A stretch of DNA of 63,392 nt, counting the filler, from Rhizaria sp. SCN 62-66 (Eukaryota), in the NCBI GenBank assembly GCA_001724265.1. It is 3 parts of 3 records of this genome, joined end to end, with 100 filler letters (N's around TTAATTAATTAA, not from the genome) between each part and the next. Parts side by side here need not be neighbours in the genome. Positions count along the whole stretch, not along the records: positions 56,781 to 63,392 come from MEDY01000670.1; 2 more parts are not named here. One strand, 5' to 3'. This document shows positions 59,701-63,392 of this stretch, in pieces. Each line of letters starts with the position of its first letter. Position 1 is the stretch's first letter. Made by a program: the position numbers and the translations under genes. The notes beneath the pieces were generated by a model. That model worked only from the letters and a program-made list of their open reading frames with translations. It searched no databases and was not told where the DNA came from.

Positions 59701-60523
59701 GTGCTTCGACTGGGTGCCCGCCAGCCTTGCCGCGCGCGCGCCGGCGGCCTGCGCGCCCTTCGCGACACGCGGCGACGCCATGTGCGCCGCGCGCGAGGCG
59801 GACCGCGCCGCGGGGCCCGCCGCCGCCGCGCTGCGCGAGTTCGTCCGCGCGCGCGACGATAACCACGGCGACAGGGACAGTGAAAAGGACTACGCCGCAG
59901 GCGACGATGAGGACACCGCTGCCGCTGCCGCTGCACCTGCGGGCGCGCTGCCATGTCTGCTGCCACTGACGCACCCTTCGCGCGTCTACATCAGCCACCT
60001 TGCAGGGTCTACTGCGCACCAGCGCAACGCGTCGCCGCAGGGCCTGTTCGCGGGCGAGACGGTGTGGGTGCTGCCGCTGCCTGCGTTTGGCCCCACGCCG
60101 CTGGAGACCGCCGCCGGCTTTACCGCCGGCGCGGCGGCGGGCGGCGCGGAGCCCGACGGGCTGGCCGCCGAGGCTGCCGAGCTGCTGCGTTGGGCCGGCG
60201 CGCGCGTGGTCCCGCTGCACGACGCCCGCTGGGCCGCGCGCGCGCTGCGCTGGCACAAGACGCAGCAGCTCCTTAACAACAGTAGCAACAGCAACAGTGG
60301 CAGTGGCAGTGCGGATGCGGGGCTGCGGTTCCCTGCGCCGACGCTGGTGCTGACGCCGCAGGTGCCGTCGAGCGGGCAGTGGGACCTGGCCGTGGCGGCC
60401 GCGCAGCTGGGCGGCTTGGGTCGCGCCGAGCGACAGGCCGCGGCGGCCGCGCGCGGGGTCACTGTGCGTTGGGTCTTCGACTCGCTCTCGCACGGCAAGC
60501 TGCTGCAGCCGGGAGACAAGTGA
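56781..60523 (+). CDS. PHD/extended-PHD zinc finger + tandem BRCT protein (BRCA1/BARD1-like C-terminus), 5'-truncated
   Basis: WRCAFC (end of a PHD); CALCP...WVHPSCALW...CTGC...LQCVYPRCSESYHPSCA...YCPRH (ePHD, zf-HC5HC2H type); BRCT1 with THVV...ERTVKYFFGLAAGLPVLCFDWV; BRCT2 with GLFAGETV...LLRWAGARVV...WVFDSLS. Stop TGA followed by an AT-rich spacer. Confidence 0.85.
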
Positions 60524-61087
60524 GCTGGACGGGGGAGATGTGAACAATGAGTTATTTAATGGAAACACATGTTATTTAGTGCATGTCGTGAGACGGATAC
60601 ATATTACACGCATTTTTTCAACTTAAACACAGCGAGAACAACGTGACATCTTATGTGAAATTCGACGGTATCTCCCTAATGATAAGCTCAATCAAGTTAG
60701 AGACCACAATCTTTATCAAGTTTGTTTTGACAACATGACTATTCTAACATTTTTAATGAGGGGATACTTCAGATGCGACAGATATTCGACTCATTTTTTC
60801 ACAAATGGACAGATTTTTCGGCCTGCTCTCGCGACTACAGCGACCAGTCGACGTCGTTGGATTCGCTTCAACTTTAATAGCAGGCACTGACCGCTATTGT
60901 CCGATAGCAGTTTCAAAAACAAACTATGCCATATAAAACGCTCAAAAGTATCAATTCATCTTGTCACATTGCTATACCACGAACTATACTTTCTCATCAC
61001 GCTCGTTGTTTTGTTTCCTTTGCCACATGTCTCTCCAGTCCAACCGAGCTTTCTTTATTGGGATTGACGTAGGCGTCATACGTCACG

Positions 61088-63392
61088 ATGTCTGATCCTG
61101 CTGCCACCAAGCCTTCTAAGCCGGAGGTGGCCGCACCCGGCGCTGCTTCTAGTGGCGATAAACCCTCCATGTCGCGCAAGCAGTCGGTCGTGGTCGGGGC
61201 ACCCGGCTCTGCCGGCCTTGCGTCCCCTGGCGCCCCCGGCGGCCCCGACGGCGATGGTGCCGAGCCGCCCTTGCCCCGCGAGCTCGCTGGCGCTACGGGC
61301 TTTCCCTGGCGCCTTCGCACACTGAACATCTCCGCCCCTGCGGCCCGCGCCGGTGCGGACGCCCCCGTCACGTTCACCAGCCTCGACGCTGCCCCTCCTT
61401 GCTCACCCGCCGCTGCCGCCGCTGCGACCGCGGGCCCGCGCGTGCTGCTGGGCACGAGCGACGGCCGCGTCTTCCTCTACACCACCGCGTCTATCAGTGC
61501 TGCGTCTGCGGACGCTGCGTCGCCCGCCTCGGCCGCTGCGGCCGCCGCGGCCGCCGACGCCGCGACCCAGGTCGAGGCTGAGGCCGACGTCGCGGCGCTG
61601 CTGCCTGCGGCCGCGCTCTCCGGGATCTCTGCCTCCGCCGCGGGGGCCGTCAGCCACGTCAAGGCGCTCATGTTCGGACCCGCGCCGCCGCCCGCGGGCC
61701 CGAATGCGAGTGCGAGTCCAACTGCGAGCGCCGCGAGTGCGAGTTCGAGTGCCACCGACTCCGCGGTGACCGTGGCCGCGGTGACCGAGGGCGCGCGCGC
61801 GGTGGCCGTGCTGGCGCTGGGCGCTGCGGGCCGCGGCGCGCGCCTGCTCGCCTGGCACCGCGCGCACGCGCTCAGCGCCGTCGTGCTCCCGCCCGCCTCC
61901 GACAGCAACAGCGGTGCGACTGTCACCGCGACGGTCACCGCGCTCTGCTGGGGCGCCCCACCGCCTCCGACCGCGACCGCCGCCGCCGATGCCAACGCTG
62001 ACGCCAGGGCCGGGGCAGACGTGGCGTGGGTGATTTCGGGCGACTCGGCCGGCTGCGTGCGGCTGCTCTCTGTGCCCCTGTCAAGCGCCAGCGCCAGCGC
62101 CAGTAGTGATAACGTGCGCGAGGGCGAGGCGGTGCTGCTGTTCCAAGACGACTCGGCGATTGTGCAGCTCGCGTGCGAGGCGGGCGTTGTCCTCGTCTCC
62201 TCGCTCACCAAAACCACCGCGCTGCGCCTCTCCGCAGCACCGGCGACGCCGCCCGCCGCCGACAAGGGCGCCCCCAACGTGGCCCCTGCCGTGGCCGTGC
62301 GGCCCATCGGCTCGCAGTCGCGCTTCGGCGCGTTCGGCGCGTGCTTCCTGCCGCCGCCGCCCACGGCCGCGCCCGGCTCGCTGGTGCTGGCCGCGCGCAA
62401 GGGCCGCCGCCTGTGGGTCGCGGACTCGGGCTCGGGCCAGGTCCTCACCACGCTGCGGCTGCGGCTGCCCGTCTACGCAGAATTCGCGCATGCCGCCGCC
62501 GCGCTCGCGTTGACGTCTCCCGAGGCCGCGGCGGCGCGCGCGGCGCCCGCAGCGCTGCTCCCCGCGCCCGCGGTGGCGCACTGGCCGCCCGCGCCCGCGC
62601 CCGCGCTGGCGGCCGCGCAGTCGCTCGAGCGCCTGCTGCCCTTTGCCGACGGCGCGCTGCTGCTGGGCCTTGCGCCCGCCGTGCCGCTGCCGCTCCCGCC
62701 GCAGCCCGCGCCCCCCGCGCCGGCCGCCGGGGCCGCGCACGCCGCTGGGGCCGCCACGCTCTCGACTCCGGGGTGTTACGGCGGGGACCCGTGGGCGCGC
62801 GCGCTGCTGGCGCCCGGCGCGCCGACGACGCTGACGGTGACTGATCCGGCCGCGGGAGCTACTGTTGCGTGGACCGCCTCGCTGGGCTGGGTCGCCGCCG
62901 CCGCCGCCGCGCCCGCGGGCGCGCTCGTCCTGCTCCATGCCCCACTTGCAGTCAATAGCACCAAGGGCACCGCCGAGACGGTGACAGGCAAGGCGCTGCT
63001 GGCGAGCGCCAGCGTGGCGCGCGGCGGCTGGGGCTCCGCGACGGAGGCCGCGGCGCTGACCGCTGCGGGCGCGGGCGCTCTGGTTATCTCCGTCGCCGCG
63101 CCCACACACCCGCTCGACCTCGCCGTCGAGCTCGCCGCCGACCCGCAGCGCCTTTACGTCGCCGCCGCCGACAAGCGCGATAAGAGCGACAAGAGTGAGA
63201 CGCTGCTGCGGCTGCGCGCGCTGCCGTGGCCGCCCGCGACGCACCCGCTGGAGCGCGCGCTGGCGCTGGCGCGCGCCGCGCTGTCGGGCACGCCCGCGGC
63301 CGCGCGCGCGCTGGCCAAGGCGCGCTCGCAGCAGCCCAACGCGGCGCCCGTGCTCAAGTCGCTGGTGCCCGCTGCGGCGCTGCGCACGCGCC
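61088..63392 (+). CDS. HPS5/TECPR2-like WD40 beta-propeller protein, 3'-truncated (>=768 aa)
   Basis: ATG at 61088 at the AT-to-GC transition, with the frame open to the window end (hence absent from the ORF track). Motifs VLLGTSDGRVFLY, VTALCW, ISGDSAGCV, DSAIVQL...LVSSLT, IGSQSRFGAFGACF and AARKGRRLWVAD...GQVLTT follow the HPS5/TECPR2 N-terminal propeller pattern. Confidence 0.8.
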   Translation, partial: MSDPAATKPSKPEVAAPGAASSGDKPSMSRKQSVVVGAPGSAGLASPGAPGGPDGDGAEPPLPRELAGATGFPWRLRTLNISAPAARAGADAPVTFTSLDAAPPCSPAAAAAATAGPRVLLGTSDGRVFLYTTASISAASADAASPASAAAAAAAADAATQVEAEADVAALLPAAALSGISASAAGAVSHVKALMFGPAPPPAGPNASASPTASAASASSSATDSAVTVAAVTEGARAVAVLALGAAGRGARLLAWHRAHALSAVVLPPASDSNSGATVTATVTALCWGAPPPPTATAAADANADARAGADVAWVISGDSAGCVRLLSVPLSSASASASSDNVREGEAVLLFQDDSAIVQLACEAGVVLVSSLTKTTALRLSAAPATPPAADKGAPNVAPAVAVRPIGSQSRFGAFGACFLPPPPTAAPGSLVLAARKGRRLWVADSGSGQVLTTLRLRLPVYAEFAHAAAALALTSPEAAAARAAPAALLPAPAVAHWPPAPAPALAAAQSLERLLPFADGALLLGLAPAVPLPLPPQPAPPAPAAGAAHAAGAATLSTPGCYGGDPWARALLAPGAPTTLTVTDPAAGATVAWTASLGWVAAAAAAPAGALVLLHAPLAVNSTKGTAETVTGKALLASASVARGGWGSATEAAALTAAGAGALVISVAAPTHPLDLAVELAADPQRLYVAAADKRDKSDKSETLLRLRALPWPPATHPLERALALARAALSGTPAAARALAKARSQQPNAAPVLKSLVPAAALRTR

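Overview
Eukaryotic genomic DNA, probably from a protist (inferred from a mitochondrial-import-like gene and a cilium-associated-like motif). Exons are GC-rich, spacers AT-rich and introns few. The window is three contigs joined by artificial 100-nt linkers (N44-TTAATTAATTAA-N44 at 27183-27282 and 56681-56780), so adjacency across linkers is not biological. Seven protein genes are supported. (1) A >=4,678-aa Ala/Glu-rich membrane-anchored orphan on the minus strand, with 2 introns, running off the left edge. (2) A low-complexity protein whose GC-AG-spliced N-terminus resembles KATNIP/KIAA0556. (3) An orphan polyQ protein. (4) An enlarged Tim50-like protein whose TAG stop is followed in frame by 91 coding-like codons ending in TAA, suggesting readthrough, UAG recoding or a sequence error. 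(5) An intronless 9,218-aa surface receptor/adhesin with two unfamiliar tandem domain arrays, propeller-like segments, 8 Sushi, EGF-Ca, IPT/TIG and Cys-rich repeats, and about 9 TM helices. (6) A 5'-truncated PHD/ePHD + tandem BRCT protein. (7) A 3'-truncated HPS5/TECPR2-like propeller protein. Most other listed ORFs are antisense or alternate-frame shadows. No rRNA, tRNA, CRISPR or mobile element was recognised. Domain calls come from motif recognition by eye, not database searches.
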